64,000 nt of DNA from Bacteroidota bacterium (GTDB lineage Bacteria; Bacteroidota; Bacteroidia; AKYH767-A; OLB10): contig JANOXC010000118.1 in NCBI GenBank assembly GCA_031418215.1, positions 25,388 through 89,387 on the forward strand. Direction: 5' to 3'. Both the position numbers and the translations under genes were made by a program. A model generated the notes under the pieces. It saw nothing but the letters and a program-made list of their open reading frames with translations, ran no database searches and was not told the origin of the DNA. Shown here piece by piece: positions 1 to 9,934 of the stretch (positions are counted from its first letter, which is position 1; each line of letters opens with the position of its first letter).

Positions 1-118
1 ACTGAATCCTGATAAACCGCTGATGATTATTCGCAGCACTGTCAATTAAATGTCCTATAATTTCCTGCTTGCTCCATTTATTAGTTTCAGGCTTCAGTTT
101 AAAAGTCTCGTCAGCCAT
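1..118 (-). CDS. DinB/YfiT-like family protein, N-terminal part (gene runs off the window)
   Basis: The minus-strand translation from an ATG near 118 reads MADETFKLKPETNKWSKQEIIGHLIDSAANNHQRFIRIQ. The WS.QEIxxHL(x)D motif is typical of the DinB_2 four-helix bundle. Confidence 0.4.
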   Translation of the reverse strand, partial: MADETFKLKPETNKWSKQEIIGHLIDSAANNHQRFIRIQ

Positions 119-256
119 GCTTAATAGTTTAGAAGGAATGGTATCAATTAAATAGTGTAACTTATCAATTACAGCGTTTATCATAACAGTATGTTTCTGA
201 TTTGTTAACCTCAAAAGTATTTTATCAAAACAACATATTTGATAATAGCTGAATAC

Positions 257-1459
257 TTATCTTGTAAATGAAAAAAGAGATGCGCTTGAATTTTTTCTGC
301 CGGTAAAAATATCCCTTATAATTCCCGCTGCAATTATACTAAAGGTAATACCATTACCTCCATAACCAAGTGCATAATAGGTATGTGGTGTTTTATGATA
401 GGCCCCAATATAAGGCAGTGAATCAACTGTAGATCCAAACGTTCCGGCCCAGCTGAATTCAGGGATAAGCTCAATGCCTGGAAATAATTTTAAAAAATCA
501 TTTCTTAATTGTGCTGTTTTCCTTTTTATCAAGGTGTCTCTTTTTCCCGGACTGTAAAATTCTTCATCTCTTCCTCCGATTATCACCCTGTTATCATTCG
601 TGAGGCGCATATATAAATAAGGGTTTGCAGTATTCCAAATCATTACGCTTTCCTTCCAAATTGGATTTGGCTGTTGAATTTGCGCTGATGCCAATGCATA
701 GGTGGAATGAAGTGATACAATTTTCTTATCAATAAATTCCTTCAACTCATAGCCGGATGCATTAACAACTTTTTTTGCCCGGATAATAAAATTTTTGTCG
801 GTTGTAATTTTTACGCCGTTTTTCTGATAGTCAATCTTTGAGACAAAAGTCCGGTCGAAAATTTTAAGTCCTTTTGATTTACTTGCTTTGTGTAAAGCAT
901 GTGTGAACATATAAACATCCATTGTTGCCCCCTGCTCAGAAAGTATAGCGGATGGTGCATAGAATCCAAAACGCTTACGTATTTCCTCTTCCTTCAAAAG
1001 ACTAACTTCGAAACCGGCTTTTTTTCGGAAGGAAAATTCCGATTCAATAAGTTTCTTGTCTTTTTGGAAAGCAGCAAAATAAAGACTCTTTCTTTTTTCA
1101 AACTGCCTGAATTTTAATTTTTCTGAAATTTCCTGCAGTGTTTCTAAAGCTTCGGAACAAAGCCTGTATGCTTTTACAGCATTTGGCAACCCTATTTGAC
1201 CTGCCAGCTCTGATAATGGTTTATCCAGTTCGTACTGCAATAAAGAAGTGCTGGCACAGGTGCTGCCGAGGCCAATTGTCCTTCCATCTACAATAACACA
1301 ATCAATCCCTGCCTTACTCAGAAAATATCCCGTTAAAGCACCGGAAATGCCGCCTCCAATTATGGCTACCTCGGTTTTCAATGAGGTATTCAACTGGGGA
1401 TAATTTACAGGCAGCCCATTTTTTATCAGCCAATAAGGATAACCGGTTGTAAGGTCCAT
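257..1459 (-). CDS. FAD-dependent oxidoreductase (DadA/glycine-oxidase-like)
   Basis: A 400-aa ORF. The N-terminal dinucleotide-binding motif VAIIGGGISGALTGYFL matches the GxGxxG Rossmann signature, and the C-terminal GYGGNGIT motif is typical of DAO-family enzymes. Confidence 0.75.
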   Translation of the reverse strand: MDLTTGYPYWLIKNGLPVNYPQLNTSLKTEVAIIGGGISGALTGYFLSKAGIDCVIVDGRTIGLGSTCASTSLLQYELDKPLSELAGQIGLPNAVKAYRLCSEALETLQEISEKLKFRQFEKRKSLYFAAFQKDKKLIESEFSFRKKAGFEVSLLKEEEIRKRFGFYAPSAILSEQGATMDVYMFTHALHKASKSKGLKIFDRTFVSKIDYQKNGVKITTDKNFIIRAKKVVNASGYELKEFIDKKIVSLHSTYALASAQIQQPNPIWKESVMIWNTANPYLYMRLTNDNRVIIGGRDEEFYSPGKRDTLIKRKTAQLRNDFLKLFPGIELIPEFSWAGTFGSTVDSLPYIGAYHKTPHTYYALGYGGNGITFSIIAAGIIRDIFTGRKNSSASLFSFTR

Positions 1460-1517
1460 ACATTATGCCTTTTATTTAAAAGAATAATCTTACTTATATA
1501 TATTATCTTCATTGAAG

Positions 1518-2453
1518 CTATAAAACTTTTTCTTCCGTGGTGGGAGCAGTTTTCTTCGCGATCTCTGTTGGTGGAACAGTTCCTGAATGGAGTTTAGTAT
1601 ACGCAGCTGTAAACTCGGCACCAAAAAATAAGATCATCGAAGAATATGAAACCCAAAGTAAAATCAATATAATTGACCCTGCCGCACCATAACCGGAAGC
1701 AGGATCTGCTTTGCCAAAATAAAATGCAAGCGCTGTTTTACCAAGAGTGAATAGTATTCCAGTTAAAAGTGATCCCATCCAAACATGTTTCCATTTTATT
1801 TTTGCATCCGGTAATATTTTAAACATCATTGCAAAAAGTGCGGAAATTACAACTAGCGAAACTATAAAGTTGAGCACATTAAAAATCAGCACGACAAGCC
1901 CCATACTGTCACTCCTCAACAAATTACTCATTGCTGCCAATGCCGTTGATATTACCAGGGAAATTAATAATAAAAAAGCGATAGCCAGGATTAACCCAAA
2001 TGAAAACAGCCTGGCCTTAATAATTTTTATTATCCCCTTTTGAGGAACAACTTTCACCTTCCAGATAATATTTAATGTTTTTTGCAACTCTACAAACACC
2101 CCGGTTGCGCCGATCAATAGAATGATAAAACCAATGATGGATCCAATAATACCAGTTTTGGATTGATCAGCCTGATCCAACATTTCCTTTATCTGGTCAG
2201 CAGTATTTGTTCCCATTGTTGCAGAAACCTGGTAAAGTATGCTTTGGTTAACTGCCTCTCTGCCAAAAAAATATCCTGAAATTGCAATGATGAGCATCAA
2301 TAACCCCGGCAAACTGAATACTGCATAATATGCTATAACTGCACTTTGCCTGAACGGGTCTTTCTGGTTCCATTCTCCGAAAGTGGTTCTAAATAGCGGA
2401 CCTAATTGTTTAATATCAAATTGCATGTTTTCAATTATACAACCTTGTATCAA
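1518..2453 (-). CDS. YihY/BrkB family inner-membrane protein
   Basis: A 311-aa polytopic membrane protein. The N-terminal segment FGEWNQKDPFRQSAVIAYYAVFSLPGLLMLII is characteristic of the YihY/virulence-factor BrkB family. Confidence 0.75.
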   Translation of the reverse strand: MIQGCIIENMQFDIKQLGPLFRTTFGEWNQKDPFRQSAVIAYYAVFSLPGLLMLIIAISGYFFGREAVNQSILYQVSATMGTNTADQIKEMLDQADQSKTGIIGSIIGFIILLIGATGVFVELQKTLNIIWKVKVVPQKGIIKIIKARLFSFGLILAIAFLLLISLVISTALAAMSNLLRSDSMGLVVLIFNVLNFIVSLVVISALFAMMFKILPDAKIKWKHVWMGSLLTGILFTLGKTALAFYFGKADPASGYGAAGSIILILLWVSYSSMILFFGAEFTAAYTKLHSGTVPPTEIAKKTAPTTEEKVL

Positions 2454-2650
2454 TTCAACAAAGACTATTTCTCAAACCAGGAGGAACCTCCTTACTACTA
2501 TACTTCCCTTATATTAAGAAAGCTGTTTGCCTTTTATTGCCGTAATATATAATTACACTGTCTGCGTCCTTATGTATTATTTTCATTTTTACTTCAACCT
2601 AACAGCAAAACATTAGTAGAATCGATTTCAATTCCACCTCTATCAAACTA

Positions 2651-3112
2651 TTATCTATCAGCATTTGCCATGTCTCTCAAACTTCTGATCTTTTCATGAT
2701 CAGATTTTATTAATGAAAGCTGATTGCCAATGATGGTAAGTTGTCTTGCAGTAATTTGATTACTATCATTCTCTATAACTTCCTGGTAAGTATCAACGGC
2801 AACATCTTCACCAAATTCGCATGAACTTAAAATAGCATGGTGGTCTTTATTGGTAATGGCAGCCTTCAGGTCCATCCATACCCTGAATAATTTTCCTGTC
2901 GTTTTCGTTCCTTCAAAAGGAGTACCTCCCAATTGCTTGACTTCATTAACAAGCTCGCGTTTGCAATGTTCACTGGTTTGTTTTAATTGATCAAACAACG
3001 ATTTCAAATCTGCATCCGTTGTTTCATTGGAAGCCGTTTCATAGCCTTCCATCCTATCGTTGTTGATTTCGATAAGGGAGTTTATTATATCAATCGATTT
3101 TTCAGTATCCAT
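2651..3112 (-). CDS. PA2169/DUF2383-like four-helix-bundle (ferritin-like) protein
   Basis: A 153-aa protein. The N-terminus INSLIEINNDRMEGYETA and the architecture of paired helices with acidic residues resemble the DUF2383 family. Confidence 0.5.
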   Translation of the reverse strand: MDTEKSIDIINSLIEINNDRMEGYETASNETTDADLKSLFDQLKQTSEHCKRELVNEVKQLGGTPFEGTKTTGKLFRVWMDLKAAITNKDHHAILSSCEFGEDVAVDTYQEVIENDSNQITARQLTIIGNQLSLIKSDHEKIRSLRDMANADR

Positions 3113-3196
3113 TTTATTAGTTTTAAGAATGCTCTATATCATAAAAACCATTTATCATACTATTCATTGATTTTTGATGTTTGGCTTGTACTGTTA

Positions 3197-3628
3197 TTAA
3201 TCATCATTGTAATCAAACTCCTCATGACCATTATGATGAAAAGATGGTCGTTTCTCTTTCCTGTATTTAATTATCTTATGCAATATATTCTCTCCCGAAG
3301 ATTTGATGGAATCAGAATGCCTCGAGACAAAATTGGTAACAGTGAATTGCAAAATTGATCCGAGTAATCGCTTTATAGGGTTTCCTTTTGATCCAATCAT
3401 TATCTTCCTTGATAAATAGCCTGTGGCTAACCCAATAATGTTGCTTAGTAAATTACCTTTCATGTCAGGAGAAGAAGTAACATCATGAATTGTGTTTTTA
3501 ATAATATTGATTGGTTTCAAGCTCTCATAAGAAATGTGAAATTGTTCCTTTACCGCTTGCCAGTCATTGGCTTGCTTAGCTTCCATTATCCTAATCGCAT
3601 GCTTTAATCTTTCTGCACGTGTTTTCAT
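3197..3628 (-). CDS. hypothetical protein (same small-protein cluster)
   Basis: A 143-aa ORF with a clean ATG, in a tight same-strand array with the YtxH and holin-like genes. No motif was recognised. Confidence 0.4.
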   Translation of the reverse strand: MKTRAERLKHAIRIMEAKQANDWQAVKEQFHISYESLKPINIIKNTIHDVTSSPDMKGNLLSNIIGLATGYLSRKIMIGSKGNPIKRLLGSILQFTVTNFVSRHSDSIKSSGENILHKIIKYRKEKRPSFHHNGHEEFDYNDD

Positions 3629-3632
3629 TTTT

Positions 3633-3983
3633 CTATTCTTCTTTCTTTAACATTTGCATAATAATGGTGTCACTAACAGGTGTTTTAAGCCATGGATGCC
3701 TGAATGCATGCAGTAATATTGCTATCAATGCGTAAAGGCTCCCAATCACAAAAAAACCATAATAGGACTTTCCTAATATTTCTCCCAGCCAAAGGGCCAC
3801 TCCAATGTTGATAATGATGATAAACAAAGCAACAACCAATAGAATCGTTAATCGTGAAACTAAAGAAGAAACAACATCAGCTGATTTGTCAATCGCCTTA
3901 AGCTTAAACAATTCTAATGTCGTTTTACTGTAGTCTTCTACTCTATCAAAAAGTAATTCTATTGGTGTTGCAATGCTTTTCAT
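3633..3983 (-). CDS. phage-holin-family-like small membrane protein
   Basis: A 116-aa protein with an N-terminal amphipathic region and two transmembrane helices (ILLVVALFIIIINIGVALWLG...FFVIGSLYALIAILL). Only a 4-bp gap separates it from the upstream ORF. Such proteins commonly sit beside YtxH in Bacteroidota. Confidence 0.5.
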   Translation of the reverse strand: MKSIATPIELLFDRVEDYSKTTLELFKLKAIDKSADVVSSLVSRLTILLVVALFIIIINIGVALWLGEILGKSYYGFFVIGSLYALIAILLHAFRHPWLKTPVSDTIIMQMLKKEE

Positions 3984-4025
3984 ATAACGATAAAATTATG
4001 ATTGTAATTAAAATAAATGCATTAC

Positions 4026-4340
4026 TTATGAATATGAATTCCCTGTCACTGAATTTTTAACATCTGATGCCGCGTTCTTAACATCTCTTTTCACGTCTTC
4101 GTATTTCATCTTGCCTTTAGCCGACATCTCCTCAGCCTCATCTTTTGTTTTTTCGAACTTCTGCGCGAAGCTGTCGATCACCTCGTCTAATTTTGCTTTT
4201 AGTTCGTCAGCATAATCTCCGCCCTTATCTAAAATTTGTTTGCGGGTTTTCGATCCTTTATCGGGAGCGAATAATATCCCCAATAAGGCTCCGGCAGCAA
4301 CGCCGGCCAATAATCCTAATACTACTTTTCCTGAGCTCAT
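4026..4340 (-). CDS. YtxH domain protein
   Basis: A 104-aa protein. The N-terminal glycine-zipper anchor LGLLAGVAAGALLGILFAPDKGSKTRKQI is followed by a charged helical tail, which is the classic YtxH layout. Confidence 0.6.
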   Translation of the reverse strand: MSSGKVVLGLLAGVAAGALLGILFAPDKGSKTRKQILDKGGDYADELKAKLDEVIDSFAQKFEKTKDEAEEMSAKGKMKYEDVKRDVKNAASDVKNSVTGNSYS

Positions 4341-4427
4341 GTTTTTTGATTTTAATTGTTAAAATTAATTTGTGTATTTTCTTATACTGCTTGATTTCAG
4401 CTTCTTAAAAGTTATTCGTCAACTGAT

Positions 4428-4973
4428 TCAATTTCGGATAAGAGGTTTATTTTGTGTTGTAATTACAGCTTTCCTTGTTCCTGCATTTTGCATGGTCATC
4501 ATATTACCCGACATATCCATGTATTGACCTTCTCTCATTTTAGATTGAATACCATCCCTTACATAAATGCGTCCGTCACTCATAACTCTAGTGCCATTTG
4601 TCATTAACATATCAGGATCCATAGTTGTAATAACTCCGTTTTTCGACATCATCATTTTACCGTTTTTCATCATCACACAATCTTTTATTTTTTCTACAGG
4701 AGTTTGAGGAACTGATGTTGAATTATAACTGATTTCCCTGCCAGACTCTCTCCCTTTTCTGTTTTCATAGGAATTGTCATTTAATTTCTGAATCAGATTT
4801 TTTGTGCTGTCCTGATTTTGTTTCAAACTATCATTGGTGTGCCTAAGATTTAATCCATCATTGGTATTGTCATTGATATCCGGAGGACTCATAATTCTTT
4901 TTATTGAATCGGCCTGTGCATTTGCACCAAAAGAAATAGCTGCCGTGGCAAATACTAAGAATAATTTTTTCAT
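4428..4973 (-). CDS. secreted Met-rich low-complexity protein
   Basis: A 181-aa protein with the signal peptide MKKLFLVFATAAISFGANAQA. The C-terminal half is Met-rich (MMKNGKMMMSKNG, MDPDMLMTNG, QYMDMSGNMMTMQ). Confidence 0.5.
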   Translation of the reverse strand: MKKLFLVFATAAISFGANAQADSIKRIMSPPDINDNTNDGLNLRHTNDSLKQNQDSTKNLIQKLNDNSYENRKGRESGREISYNSTSVPQTPVEKIKDCVMMKNGKMMMSKNGVITTMDPDMLMTNGTRVMSDGRIYVRDGIQSKMREGQYMDMSGNMMTMQNAGTRKAVITTQNKPLIRN

Positions 4974-5154
4974 TTAATAATTGAGTTGACTAAGAAGTAT
5001 TAAGCAGCAAAGGTGCCTATACGGGACGGCTAAAGCATTACATGATTTAATAATTAAGTTACATTATTCCCATCTTAGTGCCTGAAATAGATTGCCATTA
5101 TACTGCAACAACACTTGACAGTAATTATAATTGGGATCCCATTAAAAATGAGGG

Positions 5155-5550
5155 CTAAGCCTTGTCTTCCGCTTCTGTTTTTGCCTGTTCAGCAAGTTCC
5201 GTATATGCTCGTGAAAGCTCAGATAGTTCATGTTCTGTTCTTTCCTCCATATTAATAACTGCATTGCTTGCCGGTTCATGAGAGGCTACCAGCTCATTGA
5301 TTTTAATATGCAATGATGCCGAAAAGCGGTTGAATGATTTTTGAATAATAAATAAACTTAAAAATGTAATTCCAAGAATCACATCCCCCAGGCTTTGATG
5401 AATATCCTGGGTATAAAACTGTTTGTTGCTTAACCAGAACAAAACAGTAATCAAGGCAAGGATAAAGGTAATTGAATTCCCTAGGATGATCATGGCAACC
5501 GATGCCAGTTTTTCAAAGGTTATTTCTGTATGGCGATAAACACTCTTCAT
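5155..5550 (-). CDS. low-affinity iron permease (Fet4-like, PF04120-type) small membrane protein
   Basis: A 131-aa protein with two transmembrane helices followed by a coiled, charged tail. This layout resembles bacterial mini iron-permease family proteins. Confidence 0.45.
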   Translation of the reverse strand: MKSVYRHTEITFEKLASVAMIILGNSITFILALITVLFWLSNKQFYTQDIHQSLGDVILGITFLSLFIIQKSFNRFSASLHIKINELVASHEPASNAVINMEERTEHELSELSRAYTELAEQAKTEAEDKA

Positions 5551-5611
5551 AATATTTTGGTTGAATAAATTTTCCTGTTTCTTTAACTTTAGTATCCTGT
5601 CAATAAATCAA

Positions 5612-6079
5612 CTATTCTGAATTCTTTTTTTTTAAGAAGTGCTTCCAAGTAAATATTATAGGCAATGCCTTAACGGCAACAGAGAATGCATTGATAAAGT
5701 ATATCTGTTGATATACACCAAATTGTATACACACAGCGGAATCAATGATTGCCCAGATGCTAAACGCAACTACAACAGCATTTCTTGCCCATATTTTTTT
5801 TTCTTTGAAAGGATAATATGCAATAAATGCTAATAAAGTATAGCAACAGGCAATTGTTCCCCCTAATGGCCCATAAATAAATGTACGGAATGGTATTACG
5901 TCAATTGGAAAAGCCGTTTGATCCCAGAAAACTTTTGCAAGCATTTCATCATAAGGCAAGAAAAGGAAATTAACTCCTGAAAAAGCAAATATTATTCCAG
6001 CAAAGGCGAATATTAAACTTGAAATAAAAAGCCATTTTTGCCAAAATAAAAAATTGTTGGGATTCATTAAGTTTAGCAT
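5612..6079 (-). CDS. integral membrane protein, function unknown
   Basis: A 155-aa ORF with four predicted transmembrane segments. Confidence 0.45.
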   Translation of the reverse strand: MLNLMNPNNFLFWQKWLFISSLIFAFAGIIFAFSGVNFLFLPYDEMLAKVFWDQTAFPIDVIPFRTFIYGPLGGTIACCYTLLAFIAYYPFKEKKIWARNAVVVAFSIWAIIDSAVCIQFGVYQQIYFINAFSVAVKALPIIFTWKHFLKKKNSE

Positions 6080-6130
6080 ATTATCACTTGATTACATATA
6101 CCACTTCTGCAAATCAACAGGCTTACTAAA

Positions 6131-6162
6131 ATAAAAAAAACGGAGACGTGAGCCTCCGTTTT
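6131..6162 (-). terminator. rho-independent terminator
   Basis: The hairpin cggag-acgtgagc-ctccg is followed on the minus strand by T8. Confidence 0.6.
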
Positions 6163-6180
6163 AATAGATCGAAAACACAA

Positions 6181-6486
6181 CTACATATTTTCTTTCTTAT
6201 TGTTTTGATTACTTTCTTTTTTCTCGTTCTGAATTGAATCAGAATCATTTGTTTCATCTGCTGATTCATCTCTGTCATCTTCCTTGTCCATAACATCAAT
6301 ATCCGTTTTTCCATGCGAAGAAGAAGTACCTTTAGATTGCTGATTATCTTGACGTGATCCTTGCTGATGATCCTTGTTTGCAACAGGGTTATTAGGGTCT
6401 GTCACTTTCCTGTTCTCCTCTTTTGTTGTTTGGTTTTCCTTGCTTCCAGATTGCTGGTTACCTTGATTATTTTGATTTTTTTCCAT
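6181..6486 (-). CDS. intrinsically disordered hydrophilic protein (hydrophilin-like)
   Basis: A 101-aa protein composed almost entirely of Q, N, K, E, D and S residues. A rho-independent terminator follows immediately. The overlapping 85-aa ORF in another frame was judged spurious. Confidence 0.4.
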   Translation of the reverse strand: MEKNQNNQGNQQSGSKENQTTKEENRKVTDPNNPVANKDHQQGSRQDNQQSKGTSSSHGKTDIDVMDKEDDRDESADETNDSDSIQNEKKESNQNNKKENM

Positions 6487-6625
6487 CTTATTATAATTTA
6501 GATTGTAACTGAATTATTACGTTGCAAAAGTGGAGATACTGTAAGTGCTATCCGTTACATAAAACATAAAAAGAATTACAATATTCCCACTTATATGCAC
6601 AAGTTACAAAAGGTATTGAGTTAAC

Positions 6626-8428
6626 TCACTCCTTTACAAAGCCTGTACTGTTTGTTTCATTCTCAGTGTTTAACATCAGCGTATAAATGCCTTTACTAAG
6701 GTTAATTATATTGACATTGGCAGTATTAATACCAGATACTCCTGATGTCAATTGCTTTTTCAAAACAGTTTTTCCTGAAGTGTCCGTGATTAATAAAGTT
6801 GTTTTTGCTGGTTGAGTCAGATGATACTTCACAATCAAATCACTGCTCGTAGGGTTAGGATAAACAGCTTCAATATAAAAATGCTTTGTGGCCTTTGAGG
6901 CTTCATTGATGGTTACAGGAATCATGCACTGGCCTTCAGTGGCAACATAAAAAACATTTGCCTGGATATTGGTACATATATCCACAGTACCTGAGGGCCA
7001 CTCAACCCTAATGGTGTCAATATATAAAGCAAGCGGGCCCGTGCTACCAAAACCAAAATGTGCATTCAGCATATTCATTCCATTAAAAGTGTTTTGCGAG
7101 GAGATTTCCCTCATCTGCCAAAAGCCGCGTGCTTTTACCCTAACTTTCGACCCTATACCTGATCTGTTTGAAGATGTTCCAATCAATTTAATATTAATAA
7201 AATCAGTTTGTGTTGTCATATTTTCATACAATCCCTTATCGCTTCCTGCCGAAATGAACACATCCAAATCACCATCATTGTCATAATCGCCTGATGTCGC
7301 ACAAAAATGGTTGCCATTCATCAGCGCCATGGGTTCTGATAATACTTTTGTGAATACTGTGCTTCCCTGTGCGACATTATTTTGGTAATATATATTCTTC
7401 TGGTTCGCTTCATTTGCTACAATACAATCAAGGTCTCCGTCATTATCAAAATCCCCCCAGGAGCTGGAAAGTGAAACACCTACATCAGCCACAATATCTC
7501 CAACATCAACTGCGGTTAACTTGGTGAATATTCCAATATCGTTCCTGTACATTTCATTTACATATCCGTTAGCTCCAGTGCCGGTATAATTTGTGAGATA
7601 TGCGTCCAGATCGCCGTCATTGTCAAAGTCAATCCAGTTCCAGATCTGTCCATCATGCAAATCAGTTCCAAGCGGTGATGAATTGTTCCTGGTAAATAAT
7701 GTACTTCCTCCCTGCACATGATTATTGTCAAACAGATAATCGCGCGACAATGATCCATTCACTCTACCTGATCCAATGAATAAGTCCACATCTCCATCAT
7801 TATCATAATCACTCCAGGAAGGAACGGTGTATGCATCCACGGTATCTGTGAGGGCTGTGGTATCAACGCGCATGAAATTTCCTCCGCCTGTATTTACTAA
7901 AAACTTACTGGCATCTGTAATGCCAACAAATCCCAATGGGGCAGCAATGAATAAATCCACAAGTCCGTCATTATTGTAATCTCCAAATGCAGAACCCCAA
8001 CCCCTTAAATCTGTCGCAATTGCAAATGGGCCGGCAGTGTTTTGAGTAAAAGTACCATTACCGTTATTGAGAAATAATTTTGTCCCTCCTGAATTACCCC
8101 CCGATTCAATGCAGTCAATGTCGCCATCATTGTCAATGTCGGCCCAGGTATTTCCAATTCCAGTTGTGAGACCCAGTCCACTTATCGAAACTTTTATAAA
8201 AACGCCGGCCCCTAAATTGTGATACAATGCTGCTCGTGTTACAAATAAATCAAGCAAGCCATCATTGTCATAATCGATCCAGCTTGCTCCGTTATAAAAC
8301 GATTGCTGTGCATCAGTAACAATTGGGTTAGACGTGGCAGTATCCCGAATAAATATTTGAGATTTGGAAATGCTGCTGTCAAGCAATAAGATCAATATGA
8401 CGAATAAATATTTGAATTTGTTTTTCAT
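6626..8428 (-). CDS. CRTAC1/FG-GAP-repeat (ASPIC-UnbV-like) secreted protein with T9SS C-terminal sorting domain
   Basis: A 600-aa protein with a signal peptide. It carries at least six DxDxDGxxD calcium-binding FG-GAP-like loops (DYDNDGLLDLF, DIDNDGDIDC, DYNNDGLVDLF, DYDNDGDVDLF, DFDNDGDLD, DYDNDGDLDVF). The last ~80 aa form a beta-sandwich with a KGIYTL...V tail typical of T9SS type A C-terminal domains. Confidence 0.7.
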   Translation of the reverse strand: MKNKFKYLFVILILLLDSSISKSQIFIRDTATSNPIVTDAQQSFYNGASWIDYDNDGLLDLFVTRAALYHNLGAGVFIKVSISGLGLTTGIGNTWADIDNDGDIDCIESGGNSGGTKLFLNNGNGTFTQNTAGPFAIATDLRGWGSAFGDYNNDGLVDLFIAAPLGFVGITDASKFLVNTGGGNFMRVDTTALTDTVDAYTVPSWSDYDNDGDVDLFIGSGRVNGSLSRDYLFDNNHVQGGSTLFTRNNSSPLGTDLHDGQIWNWIDFDNDGDLDAYLTNYTGTGANGYVNEMYRNDIGIFTKLTAVDVGDIVADVGVSLSSSWGDFDNDGDLDCIVANEANQKNIYYQNNVAQGSTVFTKVLSEPMALMNGNHFCATSGDYDNDGDLDVFISAGSDKGLYENMTTQTDFINIKLIGTSSNRSGIGSKVRVKARGFWQMREISSQNTFNGMNMLNAHFGFGSTGPLALYIDTIRVEWPSGTVDICTNIQANVFYVATEGQCMIPVTINEASKATKHFYIEAVYPNPTSSDLIVKYHLTQPAKTTLLITDTSGKTVLKKQLTSGVSGINTANVNIINLSKGIYTLMLNTENETNSTGFVKE

Positions 8429-8459
8429 TGTGTTTTTTTTACAAAAAAAATCAACATGA

Positions 8460-8494
8460 AATAAAAAACAGTCCTGCCCGATAAGGTAGGACTA
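8460..8494 (-). terminator. rho-independent terminator
   Basis: The hairpin agtcct-gcccgataaggt-aggact is followed on the minus strand by T6 and then T8. Confidence 0.55.
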
Positions 8495-9742
8495 ATTTAA
8501 CCTGGTTTTATTTTGATTACGAAAGGCTGTTGGTGTAATGCCTGTAATTCTACGAAAAGCAGCGTTGAAAGTGTTTTTGGTATTGAATCCGACTTCATAG
8601 GCCACTTCAATGATGTTCATAGACTGATTTGCAGGATTTATTAGAATTTGCTGCGCCTCTTTGATACGCAGGTGATTAATATATTCAAAAAAGTTAATCC
8701 CATAATGCTGGTTGATGACTTGCGAAACATAATGTCGTGCCACTCCTAACTTTTGGGCTAGTGTTTCCAGTTTTAATTCACTTTCGCGGTAAAGCATCTC
8801 CTGCTGCATCAATTGATCCATTGCTTTGGCAAGTTCTTCAATCACATCGCCGGAGAGGCCTGAATTTTTATATTTCTGCTGATACTCTTTATCGGGTTCT
8901 GCTTGTGTTAAAATATTTATTTGTCGTTCGGTTACCGATTCTTCCGGGTATTTATATTGATGGATAGATTCTTTTTTTTTACTCAATGTGTCGGAAGGAT
9001 TTTCTTTATAGGTAAGATAAAAATTCTCCAGCTTAACCGAATCTTTAACAGGATATCCTTCCAGTATTTTACTCTTGCCATAAGCCAAATAAATAATGGA
9101 AATGATACTGGCACACATTCCAATAGAAACAAAATAATCAGTCGACAAAGTAAACCACGGTTGTCTTACCATAATAAAATAGGAGATGTAACAAGCAATG
9201 TAAAAACCAAATATCCCGGTAATCAACAGCAGCCAGTTTTTTATATGGCCGATCCTTTTTTCCTTTATGATTTTCACGATGAGAAAAATGCAATACGCTG
9301 ACATATGAACCATGATAAGGTATACAACATATCGCAAATCCAGTACAAAATATTTAATCATTTTGGAATGATGTGTTTTTAAATCTGTAGTACTTAAATA
9401 ATAAGGCAGCATAAACACCAGAATAATTATAGCAGGTAAAAAATGGATCGCATAATTAATTAGTTTCTTCTTTTCAGAAAAAACCAGGTCTACATAAATT
9501 AAAAGCAATGGGCCGAATAATAGTTGAAGAGTAAGGCTGATATTGCATAAATAATGATAGGGATTCTCCAGTCCTGTCCAGTAAAAGACATATTCTAAAA
9601 TAATGAGTGATTGAACAAAAAGAAACAAAGTGATGATAAGATCAGCTGTACGTCTGTTTTTTAAAGCTAAATATGAAAAGATGACGGTATGCACCAGTCC
9701 AAGAAAGGAAAAGCCATAAAATAGTACTATGGGCCAAGACAT
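8492..9742 (-). CDS. AraC-family transcriptional regulator with N-terminal 7-TM sensor domain
   Basis: A 416-aa protein. The N-terminal ~220 aa are polytopic membrane sequence, and the C-terminal HTH_18 region (ARHYVSQVINQHYGINFFEYINHLRI...FNTKNTFNAAFRRITGITPTAFR) is an AraC-type DNA-binding domain. Confidence 0.75.
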   Translation of the reverse strand: MSWPIVLFYGFSFLGLVHTVIFSYLALKNRRTADLIITLFLFVQSLIILEYVFYWTGLENPYHYLCNISLTLQLLFGPLLLIYVDLVFSEKKKLINYAIHFLPAIIILVFMLPYYLSTTDLKTHHSKMIKYFVLDLRYVVYLIMVHMSAYCIFLIVKIIKEKRIGHIKNWLLLITGIFGFYIACYISYFIMVRQPWFTLSTDYFVSIGMCASIISIIYLAYGKSKILEGYPVKDSVKLENFYLTYKENPSDTLSKKKESIHQYKYPEESVTERQINILTQAEPDKEYQQKYKNSGLSGDVIEELAKAMDQLMQQEMLYRESELKLETLAQKLGVARHYVSQVINQHYGINFFEYINHLRIKEAQQILINPANQSMNIIEVAYEVGFNTKNTFNAAFRRITGITPTAFRNQNKTRLN

Positions 9743-9879
9743 CTGTCTTCTATTTAAGTTGCAAACTAATCAAATTAAGAAAGATTAAGGGTAATTTCCG
9801 ATAAAGTATTACTTTGAAGCTGGTGATTTTCCGTTTTACAGGAAAAGTAATTCATTCTATCGCTCCTGATGTTGCTCAA

Positions 9880-9916
9880 ATTTTAAAAGCCGCCCTGTTT
9901 TTTTTGCAGGGCGGCC
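9880..9916 (-). terminator. rho-independent terminator
   Basis: The 9-bp GC-rich stem gccgccctg/cagggcggc has a T-rich loop and a T tract on the minus strand. It lies just downstream of the DUF4139 gene. Confidence 0.6.
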
Positions 9917-9934
9917 TTCCGGTACATTCAATTC

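Noticed and set aside
6126-6383. 85-aa ORF overlapping the 101-aa hydrophilin ORF in another frame
   Set aside because: It runs through the terminator hairpin and has an improbable basic, low-complexity composition. The 6181-6486 frame has the cleaner start and the terminator placement.
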